Positions 11,254-24,970 of a DNA stretch of 64,000 nt are shown here, piece by piece (within the stretch, counting starts at the first letter, position 1; each line of letters opens with the position of its first letter). The notes beneath the pieces were generated by a model. The model did not search any database. It saw nothing but the letters and a program-made list of their open reading frames with translations, and had not been told where the DNA came from. The translations under genes and the position numbers were made by a program. This DNA comes from Hemiscyllium ocellatum. Taxonomy: Eukaryota. The stretch lies in contig NC_083419.1 of NCBI RefSeq assembly GCF_020745735.1, forward strand, positions 63,522,135 through 63,586,134, given 5' to 3'.

Positions 11254-12415
11254 CTGGGAAAGGCAAAACAACATACAAAAAGAGTGCATCTTTGAATTAA
11301 TCTATCAGCCACTACAGCAAAGCAATGGGGGTAGTAATGAAGAACAAAACAAAATTAGTAAGCATAGCATCACATATTTCAATGCAATAAGTCCCATCCT
11401 TTAACATTGTTAACAGGTAACATCATTATTACAGTGCATTGAGTTTAAATAAACATTGGGAGAAGAGATGTTAAGATGGACACCCTTTTGTATCCTTGCT
11501 GTAAGATGTATACAACATGAGAAAAGTGGATAGATGAGGAAAAATGATGTGAAAACTGATCAATTAGCATAAGCTTAAAGATATAGGGAACAATAGAAGG
11601 TAAAAGGAGCATAGAGGTGGATAAGGTTTAGAGGGCAAACGATTCTATTACATTTTGCAAGACAGCTCCCTGAGCTAAGTGATAAGGAACCAATATTGGA
11701 CTCAAGAGGAAACATTCAGGAATTGAGCAAGGAGTGTGGCGAAATCAGGAGCTGCACAGTAAAGGAACAATTGGTGAAAGAAGCTACAGTACTGGAAATA
11801 CTGGGGGGAAAATAAAAGAGACAGGTTATTGAAGCTTTATTTCTGTCAGAAATCAGGACAAAGACATGAATATAAAATTTCAAAGGTATAAACATTTATC
11901 CTGCATGAGAAGAGGGCATTGCTTGGATGGTCAACTCTGATTGAAGTATTACCGTAAAGAATGCACCAAGGAGTTATTTATCCCACCATTTGCTTATTTT
12001 TTTTAAGCAATCAAAAGCCTGAGGACTAATGGTTCCCTGGTGAAGTCTCCATGGCAACACCTTGACCAGAATCAACTTGCACCACGTTCTCCACAACGTA
12101 AATTGTTGCTTGCTTTGGTATTCTTGCATCTGTCTTGATAATTACAAGGTAGAAAGCTTCAACAGTGTGTCTTTCTTCACTAAACCTCAGGCTAAATACT
12201 ATCAAGGCGACATTTTATAATAGAAATATTTTAAAATGAGTATAGAAAACTCCTTGTTAAAAAGAGATAAGCAGAGAAACTTTTCATGATCTCAAGATAC
12301 CCCAAAATCCAGAATATACCTTTCTTGAAGTACAGTCATTGTTATAACATAGGAAGCAAATACCCAAAGCATTGCAACCGACTAATGTAATAACAATAAA
12401 CAATCTGTTTTAGTT

Positions 12416-13015
12416 GTGACTATGTTGTCCCTTTAAAAGATTATTTTATTCTGGCCTTTTTTTTTAAAAAAAAGAGGTAAGTCAGAGGTACCAGCTAGCT
12501 ACTGAGGACCACTTGTGTAAACAGATTGGGAGGCCTGGAGTGTTTTTTTTAAAAAACACCCCGAATGGGTGTGGCCAGAACTCTCAGATCAGGATTTCTG
12601 AGTAACATCAGAAATTATTGGGGTCTCAAAAGGTATTGGATGCTTCAGTGTTGCTGGTGTCTTTCAATGTTTTATTGACATTAATTTCCTCCTGGATTAG
12701 AAAACTGCATTTGAGAATGTGTGTCTGAATTCACCTTTTTGCCAAGGTATGTTTATGGGATGTTACCAAATTGGAACAGTTAATTAGCAATAGTTACTGT
12801 ATCTATTATTCTGTTAAGTTTCCAATAGAGTTAAATTCCTTTTTCTTTAGTTGTATTTTAACTACAGTGTTTAAATAGATAGCATTTTGCTTAACGTTGA
12901 GTAGTTTGATCAGTTGTATTACTTCAGGAACATTTTACATTGGTCTTTAAAATAAAAAACGCTAAAGCCTAGTCTACGTTCTTAAAACATTTTGAGGGGA
13001 TTAGGTCTAGTAACG
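12416..13015 (+). mobile_element. Probable solo LTR
   Basis: TGTGAC start and ...AGTAAC end with aataaa near the end; appears to interrupt an older SINE-like repeat. Confidence 0.45.
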
Positions 13016-13803
13016 TATTGGTGTTGGTTGGAGGTTCATTGACGAGAACACCAAGGAGAATTTCCCAACTCTTAAAAGAAAAGAGGTGTGCCATGGCACC
13101 TCTTACATGCAGTTAAGGTTAGAGAGGACCTCAATTTTCTGTCTCATTTGAACTGTTCATCACAAGGACCAATAACTAAGAAAATAAATCTAAAGGCCTC
13201 ATATACAAGAATTGGCTCAAAACTCAAAAACAGCAATGTTCGCAAACATATTCCCAATATTTGAGGAAGGGAATTTTGCCAAAATAAATCAAAGATTAAG
13301 GAGTATACAGGTAGGTACAAACAACTGGGAACCATTCCAGAATAGAATTGGTGCAGGAGAAACAAGTGATACTTAAACCAAGCAAGCTAGTCTTGGGAAA
13401 AGTATGGAGGCAGCAGGAGGAAAGCATTCAAACTGAACAGATGGGAGGAAAGAACAGTGAAGTGCAGGATCCCTGACAAGACAGAGAAGAAGGGAGAAGA
13501 GAATCAAGGGGTATAGGAACAATTATAGTTGAGATACACATAAATCAGAAACTAAGGGGAGGTGGACATGGTTTGTTTATTGCATTATCCCCCAAGTGTT
13601 GAACCACAACCAAAAACATGAAACACAAGTCAGGTGAAGAAAGGCTGAAGCACCAGAGTTGTGCTCAATATGGGGTCCATTTTTAATCACGGACACATCC
13701 TGGTGTTAAAGCACTTCATAAAAGAGACAGAAGGCTGGTTCTCTGCTACAAGTTTGAAATGTTGAGAAAAGATCAGATATATGTTGAGAAAAGATCAATT
13801 AGT

Positions 13804-14118
13804 GGGCGGCACGGTGGCACAGTGGCACAGTGGTTAGCACTGCTGCCTCACAGCGCCTGTAGACCCGGGTTCAATTCCCGACTCAGGCGACTGACTGTGT
13901 GGAGCTTGCACGTTCTCCCAGTGTCTGCGTGGGTTTCCTCCGGGTGCTCCGGTTTCCTCCCACAGTCCAAAGATGTGCGGGTCAGGTGAATTGGCCAAGC
14001 TAAATTGCCCATAGGGGTAAGGGATAATGTAGGGGTATGGGTGGGTTGGGCTTCGGCGGGTCGGTGTGGACTTGTTGGGCCGAAGGGCCTGTTTCCACAC
14101 TAAGTAATCTAATCTAAT
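13804..14118 (+). mobile_element. HE1 V-SINE, full length, young
   Basis: Near-identical to the 10408 copy; 8-bp duplication in the head. Confidence 0.92.
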
Positions 14119-14954
14119 ACTTGGGCCAGGGAAACAGAATCAAGAGGTTATCTTATCATTTTTAGGCTAATTAAAGGATTTAAGCGCTAACTTGGAACCT
14201 TAAACCCAAGAGTATAAACTGGGGACTGTAATTTTACAATAAATATCATCATTGCACATAGGAATTGATTAACTTGTAGAATAAGTTAAATACATAGTGT
14301 AGCAAAAACATTGGTTCCATTCTAACAACAATTAGAAACTGTAATGGAGCAAATGTTAGGATTTACTGGTTGGTGAATGAATAAACTGTTCAATGGCCAA
14401 TGAGAAATAGTAAGTACTAAGTCAGTCAAGTATTGTGCAACCATTTGCTACAAATTTTCCACTTGTGAAATTATTATGTTTGGAAAAATAAATGAATGAC
14501 AGTAATGCTCAATGATCTGACTCAAACATATTGGGCAATCTGAATAGTTTCTATTGCAATACAATGTGATGAAAGATCATTCATCATCTCAAGAATGTTC
14601 CTCTGGGAAGGCATGCATACGGTTGCCAAGTTTCCATTCATAGGGTTAAAGGTCGACCTACAAACCTGCCCCTTTCCTGTGAATATGGGTTAATAATGTC
14701 GGATAAGGAGTTTAAACTGTAACAGGTAGGCTCTGACCCAAACATTAACCCACCTTGGGTGTCACTTCCTGGGATAGTGTGCCCTTGTGTGCAATGAATA
14801 TTACACTGTAATGCACATAGTGCATTTGAGCAGAGTCTTTAGACTAGTCCCCTGTAAGATCTGAACTGGAGTAAAACTCCATCCAACAATGCTTCTTTTA
14901 GTGCTGCAGTCTTGTTAATGTGAACACACAAATGCCAGACAAAAGAAAATCTAC

Positions 14955-15172
14955 TCTAAAACAAAAAGCTGTGGATGCCAGAGATCTGAAACATGCAAGA
15001 ACAGAAATTGCTAGAGAGACTCATCAGGTCTGGCAGCATCTGCTAACAGAAAGCAGAGTTAATGTTTTGAGCCCAATTCCGAAGGAGGACCACTGGACTC
15101 TGAATATTAACTCTTTCCTCTCCACAGATATTGCCAAACATGATTACTTTCTCCAGCAATTTCTGTTTTTGT
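14955..15172. mobile_element. Palindromic Penelope-terminus element, old
   Basis: acagaaattgctagaga...tctccagcaatttctgt inverted arms around a decayed hammerhead (ttccgaaggaggaccactggactctgaatattaact). Confidence 0.65.
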
Positions 15173-15694
15173 GAATTTTAAAGTCTACCGACTGCCTGAC
15201 TATCATGTGATAAAAATCCAAGTCAACAGAGGATGGGAATTAGAAAATTCCTTAGTTGGTTAAAAATAAACCAGGAGATCATGTTTCGTGGAACATGAAC
15301 GTGGGCCACAAGACTTGGACTTAATCTTCAGTGGCAAGGATTCAAATCAGAAGATCACAGCAGGCTCATCATCAAGGATGTTCAGGAATGGAACTTCACT
15401 GTCACTTAGTGACAGCACACTGGCCATAGACTGCATCCACGTTTCTGTGAGCTCTCCAAGTCCAGCAACAGCTACCCGGCACCATTCTGGAAGCATCTAT
15501 CATTATAGCCTATTCTCTACAAATAAGTGTTTGAGTCAGCATCCGGGGGCCAAGATTGTGACAATCCCAATTTGTTTTATGTAGAACCCTTCCAACCAGC
15601 CAAGGAGAGATTTGATTTCACACTTGGATTCAGAAATGGCTACATTCCATAGCATACAATGACAGTCTAGACTGTGCAATATTTCCCTCCTTAC

Positions 15695-15792
15695 CTCCAG
15701 GTCAATCATATCTTTTGGAAGAGGAGCCTGGGGATTCTCTCCATCATCTTGGACAACAATCTGATCCTTTTCCATTTCCGTCTCCAGAAATC
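15695..15792 (-). CDS. ATP6V0A4: ATP6V0A4 coding exon 3 (98 nt)
   Basis: atttgtag|(R)FLETEMEKDQIVVQDDGENPQAPLPKDMIDLE|gtaagg; lies within ORF 15536..15775; phase 1 to 0. Confidence 0.95.
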
Positions 15793-16559
15793 CTACAAAT
15801 TCAAGACATCAATAAGTCAACTGGTGACTAATGCTCGGTTCTCACAATCGAGGTCTCTGCATTGAATCCAAATATCATGGGAAGCATTTGAAGAAAAAAT
15901 ATATAAACTACAGCAAATGACTGAAATCTTAAATGCATTCTTCAGGGTAGATTCAATTGTGGCTCTCAGTGGGGAACCGGACAAATACATGAAGAGGAAA
16001 GGAATTGCGGGGCCACAAGGAAAAGGTGGAATGGGAAACTAATTTTCTCTGGCACAGAGCTGGCAGGCTGAGGGGCCTCCTTCTGTATATGACTGTTCAG
16101 ATTCTCAAAACTAAAGAAATTAATCTTTTTAGCAATCAATTTAAACTAGATTCTCCATTCAGCCAAGAATTAAAGTATTTCTTTCTTATTTCATGAAACT
16201 TGATTGTTAATTTATTTTTACATCTCCCATTTCAATCTCAAGATTCTATTCACCATAAGTTTCTTTCAAGTTAATCATACCGGAACAGCTTGTTTCGAGT
16301 TAAGGGCCATCTTACACTCATGTCAAATGTCAAAACATCAAAACACATTCAGAGAAATATTTTGTGAAGTGCAGTGATGCTTGGCAAAAGCAGCAGTTAC
16401 TTGAGAGCTGCATACTGTCAGCGGGGAGATAGATCTGCTCAGTGGCTCGGTCTTCAAAGATAAAACAGTGAGAATAAAGGATTCAGCTCAGCCTGAGCTG
16501 TGCTGTGTCAGTATTACCCAGGAACTGCCTCCATTTTTCATGTTAACTTAGCAGAATAC

Positions 16560-17530
16560 CCATTCTCTTCTTCGGACATTTCTTTTACCCCTCCCTAAAA
16601 ATGTATGCTTGCTATTAAGCTCAACTACTCCATGTGGTGTAAGTTCCACATTATAAACATATTCTAGGCAAAAAGATTTTAAATTCATCATTGCCTTTAT
16701 TGGTGAATAACCTCTTATGAGAGCTGACATTGGACTCCCCTCAAGTACAACATCTACCTTCCTAAGTAATTTTAAACACCTCCTCTGAGGAGTCCCAGCC
16801 TGTTCCATCAGTCATGAACTCTCCATTTTGATACCATTCTTGCAAATCAATGTTTGATTTTTGCCAGTGCCTCTATTTATTCTGTAATACGTAGCAATAC
16901 TGGGTTTTCCAAGTACGGTTTAACCAAGGTTTTATAGCCCCTCTGTTTATCAGCTTCTCTTCTAGAATGAAGTGCTTTGTTTGCATGTTTGATTGTAACT
17001 TGCATTGCCTTTTGTAGACTGTACCCCTGGATGTCTTTACCTCTCCCACTTAGATTTATCATGGAAAATGGTTTCCTTAGATTTCACACCAAATAAACTC
17101 ATCCATACTTACATGCTTGACATTAATTTACCATTTTTTCTTCATATCTTGTATATTTCTAAAAGAAGGTGACCCTAATCACTAAATTTGATATCATTAG
17201 CAAATTTCAAAAAATGAAATTGAGATTTCAAAGACTAAATTTATGACTTATTTGGTGAACAATGTAAATGACAGCACCTAGTCCTGTGCACTTTCATCCA
17301 GTCTGAGTAACTACCATTAATACAAACTGCTTTTAGTTTTTGCAACTATCCATCGATTTTGCTACTTATTTCCTGTCTCCGCATGATTTGACCTTAGACA
17401 GGAGTGCACTAAACTGAACCTTACTGAAGGCCCTTGAAAGTCCGCATATATTGTACTAAACCTATTATATTACTCTTTTCTATTGTTTGTTACTTTCACA
17501 AAGAACTCAATAAGGCTCAAGATCAACTTT
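16560..17530 (-). mobile_element. Old CR1 LINE fragments
   Basis: 'GYKTLVKPYLEN' and further decayed RT segments. Confidence 0.6.
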
Positions 17531-18677
17531 TCCTTAAGAGCGAGAGTAAGGTGTTCCACTTTGTTCCATTTTAGGGGAGGAGGATTTAACAGAAACCAGT
17601 CTTATTCAGGACCCAGGAATGGAACCCCCCCCACCTCAGCCTAAAAAAGGAGGTTTCAGCCCTCTCGTACTGATGGTATCACTGGAAGTGATGGCTGCTG
17701 TTAGTCAGGTTACCAGGCAGAGGCCTAGAGTTATGAAGGGACCAATGCCACAGGTACACAAGGATGCTGTGGGAGGGCTTCACAGAATTGGACATGGAGG
17801 TTCCCAACTGTCCATCCCCTCCCCAGTTCCTCAAACCAGTCACCAAAACAGTTTGCTCTTCAGTTTCCCAGCCCAGTTAAATACCAGTGTGATGAAGCCC
17901 TTAAGTGGACAGGAAATAATCAAATGCAACCTCCCTGACCTACACCCAATTCCAAACTTTCCTCAAGGGGAAGCATCAAATTCTGCCCTCAGCTCCCAAC
18001 TTTGACACAAAGCGAATGAGGTAATTGAAGTCAGGTCATGTCAGATATTAAAATCTCTGCAAATACCTTCCACTGATATTTGCAACTTGACAACATAGAA
18101 TAGAGGCTAACTTTGCCCTCAGTACTGCCAAATTACCCACATTTGTTGAGAATTTGTTTCTGGTACAAGGGACTGGTATGAAGAATTTTGAATTGCCTTT
18201 GGCGAGATCGGAAAAAGGACTGCACAGCAGCAGGTCAGTAGACTAGGAGTCAAATTCATAAAAAAAAAATTGCAAGCTTTACTCATCTGACAGTGTACAT
18301 TGGCAACAGTTCTCAATAAAACAGCAAATACATTTTTACAAAACCCATAAAATAAAATTGAATTTACAGAACAGAAATAGGCTATTTGTCTCAGAGCACT
18401 TCTATTCAATGTGAACCTTACTCCATCCCAAGGTTAGCAAAGGCATTGAAAATGACTAGGGTATTGGGTGAGGGCAGAAAGAGAATAAAATTTAAAACAT
18501 CAGCCTGATAATTTTTTAATATCTCGGTTTGGGTTTATCCCAATTTTTGATTAAATATTTGTTGGAGGAATTGATTTTATCACAAGCGCAGGATTTAGGA
18601 GGGTCTTTATAGAATCAACAGTGTTAATATTTTAAAAGCAAAAAGTGTCTTGACCATTTTCAACAAAGCACACTTAC

Positions 18678-18756
18678 GAAGAATTCGCTCCATCACTTCA
18701 CAACGTCGAATTTCATTCACAAATTTCCGCTGGAATGAGTTGACACTTAAGTTCAG
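18678..18756 (-). CDS. ATP6V0A4: ATP6V0A4 coding exon 2 (79 nt)
   Basis: tctcttttacag|[26 protein letters not shown](R)|gtaagt; phase 0 to 1. Confidence 0.96.
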
Positions 18757-19903
18757 CTGTAAAAGAGACAGACAATATAGTGCTGCTCCCTATCATTACT
18801 GGTTCTAAATATAGAAACATCACCACCTGGAGTTTCTGTGCTCATACAGCAAATGTTCCAAAGCATGACCAAATCTAACTTGTGACGTGGGAGTGACAAC
18901 CAACATCTGAAGACTCAGACATCAAAAACAAATTCTCAATAAATGTACAAATGTCAAAAAAAATCTATATACATGTCCAAATATAATACAAAATTTTCTA
19001 TTTTATATTTTGAGACATATATGCACAGACAAAATTGATTAAGAAGCTCTATTAAAAATAATATCTTTCATACTGAAGACCAGATCAGGATGTAAAAATA
19101 TTTGGGAAAGATAGGTGATAAATTTAGTAAACTGGATAGCATTGCAACTTATTGTCACAATACAGAAAGAGCATTTACATGGGAATACTGGCTGGGCAAA
19201 TAATCACACACACCTCCCCCACAAATACAGCTTGCTTTATACATTCTCAATCCTCACAGCTTTTTTTTAAAAAAAATGTAAAATTTCAGGAGGGAGATGC
19301 TGGAGAGAACTTTATTGCATCTTGCAAGAGTCAAAGCCTATGGAAGGAAAGAAATGTTGGGGATAATTAAGCCACTTGAATGAAAAAAAGAAGATTCTTC
19401 TCCCACAAATTGCAGTCCATAGCACGATCATAAATGAGGCCCAGCAACAGTGTCTCAGTCAAAATGTGAGCAACACAGCAAGACCCATTTTCTAAAATGA
19501 TTCTCCGTTCTCACTGGAGAGAAACAAAACTGGGCACAAGCACAAAAAAAAACACTGAACAAGGCATTATTCAAACACAGATAGGCTCTCGGTGTCTGGA
19601 GAGATGGAATAAGTGATATCTAAACTCAGTCGTAACATAGAGCCAACATGCATTTCAGAAGTTGGCTACAGCTTCACGTGAAAAAAATTGGAGGATATGC
19701 ATGAATGTTTAAATAATTCACTCTTGCACTATTTCTCTCTCTGTTGATGCTACAAATGTTATTTCTGATACCAAGAATGTTAGAAAAAGCAGGAGAAGTA
19801 ATCTAAGCAACAGGGGAGGCATCAGGATATCCAGGCAAAGGTGATCACAGAGGGGTGAATGGTAAGTCATGGCCTGTGTCAAAAAATGAACATCTACGGA
19901 AAA

Positions 19904-20207
19904 TTAGATTAGATTACTTACAGTGTGGAAACAGGCCGTTCGGCCCAACAAGTCCACACCGACCCACCGTAGCGCAACCCACCCATACCCCTACATTTAC
20001 CCCTTTACCTAACACTACGGGCAATTTAGCATAGCCAATTCACCTGGCCCGCACACCTTTGGACTGTGGGAGGAAACCGGAGCAAACCCACACAGGCACG
20101 GGGAGAACGTGCAAACTCCACACAGTCAGTTGCCTGAGGTGGGAATTGAACCCGTGTCTCTGGCGCTGTGAGGCAGCAGTGCTAACCACTGTGCCATCGT
20201 GCCGCCC
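19904..20207 (-). mobile_element. HE1 V-SINE, full length
   Basis: Reverse complement of the 10408 copy. Confidence 0.92.
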
Positions 20208-20462
20208 ACGTGTTTAAAGACATGTTTAAAGGAGCTAGGGAAGAAATTACTGCAAAAAAGGTAGCCATCTCTGGATTACTCTCATTATTTGCCCCATCTA
20301 CTAGACATATTTTGTTGGACTTGCGTCATTACTCAGTCAGTATCTGGGAACTCACTAGCAAGCAATACTCTGGGAGTTCTTCCATCACATCGACTGCTGT
20401 AGTCCAGAATGTGAAACTGAGCACTTCCCAAGGCTAACTAGGGATGGTCATTAAATACTTAC

Positions 20463-20579
20463 ATCTCGAAACTGCATAAAGCCGAGCTCTCCCAGCTCAG
20501 AGATGCAGCAATACGCAGCCTCAACCTGCAGAAACAGCTGCGTTAGGCACATCTCCTCACTTCGAAACAAGGATGCCAT
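20463..20579 (-). CDS. ATP6V0A4: V-ATPase V0 subunit a4, first coding exon (117 nt)
   Basis: Minus strand reads [39 protein letters not shown] then GTAAGT. ATG context gggaggATGg. Acceptor ttcttcctcag lies 15 nt upstream (exon begins 20594). 'LQVEAAYCC' matches my recollection of a4 rather than a1 (LQSEAAY). Confidence 0.95.
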
Positions 20580-20814
20580 CCTCCCGTCGTTTCACTGAGG
20601 AAGAAGATTTAATGGGTGCAGTAAGTGATACCGTTACAGCTCACTGAGGTGGAACGTTGAACATTGAGCCCAGTGTTCCTGGAGTCATACCAAACATTAA
20701 ATGTTTACATTAATATACACACAGTAACCCAATTTATCTGGCTTTCAGACCCAGCTTGATGGAAAATACATACCAAGTATTCTGCAATAAACATGAATCA
20801 TATTTGTAATTACA

Positions 20815-21145
20815 GTCACAGAAGTAGTGTACAGCATAGAAACAGTCCGTTTGGTCTAAGTCAGCTATGCTGACCAGGTATCCTAAATTAAACTAGTCCC
20901 ATTTGCTAGCATTTGGCCCATATCCCTCCAAACCCTTCCTATTCATCCAAATGCCTTTTAAATTGTGTAATTGTATCAGCCTCCATCATTTCCTCTGGCA
21001 GCTCATTCCATACACACACCATCCTCTGTGTGGAAACGTTGCCCCGAGATCTCTTAAATCTTGCCCTGCTCACCTTAAACAGATGTTTTTTTAAGTTTTG
21101 GACTCTTCTATCCTTGGGAAAAGATCTTGGTTATTCATCCTAGTC
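20815..21145 (-). mobile_element. CR1 LINE 3' end
   Basis: Reverse complement of the HER1-type tail (cagaggatggtgtgtgtatggaatgagctgccagagg...). Confidence 0.8.
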
Positions 21146-21529
21146 ATACCCTCAAATTCCATTACACATTCTCCCAATACACAGGAAAAAGAGATTGTTG
21201 GTGGATGTAGCAGAACTAGAAAAATCAGTTCAGTGGTCTGTGTTTGCCACGCAGTTTCAAGGAATTGTAAGTTAACACTAGCTGGTAGGATTGGATTTTT
21301 TACAAATTTTTATTACTATGATAAAACTAAGAACTGCAGATGCTGGAGATCTGAAAGTAAAACAAGTTGTGGTGAAATGAAACTAAGCAGTGGGGACAAG
21401 GCAGAATTCATGTTTCAACCCTAATGACCCTTAAATTGCATTACTGCTGGTTATACATTTGAATCTGAGCATGATCTTGATCATCTGAATGAAAAAGCTC
21501 TAAGAGTGAGGACAGTGTGACTACTGGTT

Positions 21530-22530
21530 ACCCTCCAACACACACTGCTGGTTGGAGTCATTTCTAGTGCAAAGGAAAAGGATTGTGGTTGTTAGAAGAG
21601 AGTCATCTCAGCTCCAGGAGCTCCTCTGCAGGAGTTCCTCAGGGTAGTGTCTTAGGCCCAACCATCTTCAGATACTTCATCCAATGACCTTCCCTTCATC
21701 ATAAGGTCAGAAGTGGGAATGGTCACTGATGATTGCACAATATTCAGCACCGTTCGCTACTGAAGCTGTCCTTGTTCAAATGTAAAAGACCTGGACGGTA
21801 TCCAGGTAGGGATAATGAATAGCAAATAATATTCACAATTGCCAGGAATGACGATCTTTAACAATATCGAATCTAATCAAACCTCATGACATTTAATGGC
21901 ATTTTTATTACTGAATCCTAGACTACCAAAATCCTGGAGGTTACCATTGATGAAAAGATGAACTTGACCAACCAAATAAACACTGTGGCTACAAAAACAG
22001 CTTAGTGGTTGGAATTCTATGGCAAGTAATTACTGTCCACTGTCTCCAAGGAACCAGTTGGGTGTCTGATAGAATGCACTCTATTTGCTTGAACAGGTTC
22101 AGTTTTAACAACACTCAAGCAGCTCAACACCATCCTGGTGAATGGCACCCAATCCTTCACCTTCAACACACATTAACAGCTATGTGATACCTACAAGATG
22201 GTCAACAGCAACTCCTAAGCATAGTCCAAACAAAATCTACCACCTAGAAAGACAAGGACAAAAGATGCACAGGAACACATGACTTACAGTATCCCCTCTA
22301 AGACACACACCATCCAGAGTTAGAAATGCATGGGTATTCCTTCATAGTTGCTTGGTCAAAGTCATGGAGCTCTCCCCTTATCAGTCTTACAGGGTACCTG
22401 TCAATCCAAGTACTGCAGCAAATCAAGGAGACAGCATACCAGGGTAATTACCTTCTCCAAAATAATTAGGAAATGAACAATAAATGCTAGCCCAGCCACT
22501 GATACAACATCCCACAAATTAAAAAAAAAA
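21530..22530 (+). mobile_element. Decayed CR1/L2-clade LINE (RT to 3' tail)
   Basis: ggagttcctcagggtagtgtcttaggcccaaccatcttc = [13 protein letters not shown]; tail aataaatgctagcc...A-run. Confidence 0.8.
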
Positions 22531-22996
22531 GTGTATTTTAATTAAGTTACCAGCAATTTAATTCCACTCTTCAACTACTGACTTGAACCATTCTCCTTCT
22601 TGAAACTTTTCACAGTACAATTGATTCCATGAAAACAGAAATAAAAATAAAGACCTTTGCAAGACAAATGCAGCTACATCTGGAGTAACCATGTGACCTG
22701 ATGTCATGAGATTAAGTGTCACATGGGCAGAGTCACATGATAAGCACCTCCACCTCCAACCCAGAATGGTTCCAAACAAAATGGCTGCTGTAATGTCCAG
22801 TACTTTAGGGTATTTTGAAAAGAAAATCCACCGATCAACTTAAAAACCTGACACCATTGAATGTTTGTTGCAATAGCTTAAACCAGGAAAGAATAAATGG
22901 GCAGAAATGTTTGTAATGTTTCTGCTACTGCCAATGCAGAATGCTATCTTCGTTTGATCGATGTTCTTCAGCAACTCCCAGTCCTTGCTAACTTAC

Positions 22997-23046
22997 ATGA
23001 GAATTAATCACAGTAGCTGCCTTATTGCAAGAGCTTTGAAATCTCG
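22997..23046 (-). other. Candidate non-coding 5'UTR exon of ATP6V0A4 (50 nt)
   Basis: Acceptor tttcaccctcacag and donor cat|gtaagt on minus; no ATG. The ATG exon has an upstream acceptor, so UTR exon(s) must exist. Confidence 0.45.
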
Positions 23047-24419
23047 CTGTGAGGGTGAAATTGACACTCAGGTATTCTCATGGAGAACTTGTTTTTGTTA
23101 AAAATTGGCAGAGGGGGTTAATTTTGTTTAACAGAAATGTTTAAAGGTTTCATGTGACTTCCTGACTTTGTGGTTCTATTTAAAGAGCCTAAGGATCCCG
23201 TATGCACTATTACCTGCATTTCTAACTCCTGTCAGCTTCAAATATTTGTTCACAAGCACCGCTAAATATCTCGGTTCTTCGCTGCTTTAAAATGTTACCT
23301 TGGAGCGTATGCCATGTCTCACTATTCTTCACATCAAAATGTATCACCACACCTTTTGCATTGATTTGTATCTGTCATGTGTCATTTATTCTACCTGTCC
23401 TCTTGAAATCTGTTGTTATCTTCCTTAATTCTTCCAGGTTTTGTGCTATCTGTAATATGACTAGACCCTGAGTGATGTTCCTTAGTTTGTTACACTTCCA
23501 GACAGGAGAGCCCAAATGTTAGGCACCTTCCAGTGCCGAACACTGAACTGGTTCCCTTCTGTGTTCAGCCCTCCCCGCCCCCCTCAGTTGTATGTTTGCA
23601 ACAAGGTTAACTTGGCAAGGATGTCTTCCCTTATGTATAATCTTCCTCCCAGACTCCAATAAATTTCTGTTTTAAATCAGACTTTCAGACATTAATGAAG
23701 AGTGAGTTTATTAATCCCAACACATAAGACGAAACGCTAATGCAAAAAAAAGATTCGGAATAAGAAGTAAGTTCAAAAAAGTTTTATTTTAAACTTAAAG
23801 GTTAAAAAACTAACAGATATACAGATCAACATTTGAAATATTCACAAAGAGCAGGTAGTTAAACATTGCATCTTTTGCAGTCCAAGTTATTGGTAGAGTT
23901 GACAGATGTTTTTGTGATTTCAGGTTTTGCCAGCTGTTAGAAGTTCCACTGTCATGATTCCAATTTTAAATTGGTTTGCAGCACTCAGAGTGAGACTATA
24001 TCTTCGCCTGCAACACATGAGGGAATAGTCTTTCGACTGTGGCCTTCACAATATGCTAACATTTGAATCCTAGCTGGCATACATGAGAGTGTTCAATCCC
24101 ACTAGTTCACTCCAGTAGAGTTGCAACTGGCTTTCTATCCTCTATCCTCTATCCTTGTTTATTCTTCTAAGAGTAAAGCAGAAGCTATGTGTGTAGTTTG
24201 GCATGTAAGCCACAACTTTTCCAATCCCTGAATAACGTGCACATTGATAAGTCCATTGAGATCATAAGGTGAGAAATGAGATTCATAACATTGGGAGAAC
24301 AAATCCAATTTTCCACAGCAATTACAGAGCAGTGAGAGGTCTGTTTGCATGAATTATTATTCCATTATTCCCTTATTTTACCTTATTTTCACTTCAAGAA
24401 TCAGAATTTCTGACTGCAA

Positions 24420-24970
24420 TTATATTTGAGTACAGGAACAAGGATATCTTGCAACAATTATGTAGAACCTTGGTGAGGCCACAACTGTAATATTGTGTGC
24501 AGTGTTGGTCTCCTTATCTGGAGAAGGAAGTTTTTGTTGTATAGGGAGCGCAGCAAAGGTTTCCCAAGTTGATTCCTGGAATGGCAAACTGATGTACGAA
24601 AAGAGATTGTGTTGGTTAGAATTGTATTCATCTGGAGTTTAGAAAAATGAGGAATTTAAGTGCAGAAAGATGGTCCCTGATCCTGAGGGAGTGCAGAACA
24701 GGGGGTTACAGTTCAAGGATAGGGGGCAAACTTTTTTGGACTGAAATCAGAACTTCCTTCACCCAGAGAGTTGTGAGCCTGTGGAATTCACAACCACAGA
24801 AAATGGTCAAATATTATGTGTTTTCAAGAAGATCGAACTCATGTGACTCAAGGGATATGGGGGGAGGGCAGGATTTGGGATTGAACTCGATGATTAACCC
24901 TGACCATGTTGAATGGTGGAGCAGGCTTAAGGGGCTGAATGGCTTACTCCTGATCCTACATTCTACACTT
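24420..24970 (+). mobile_element. CR1 LINE 3' end
   Basis: LVRPQL-YCVQCWSP and FTQRVVSLWNS motifs. Confidence 0.8.
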
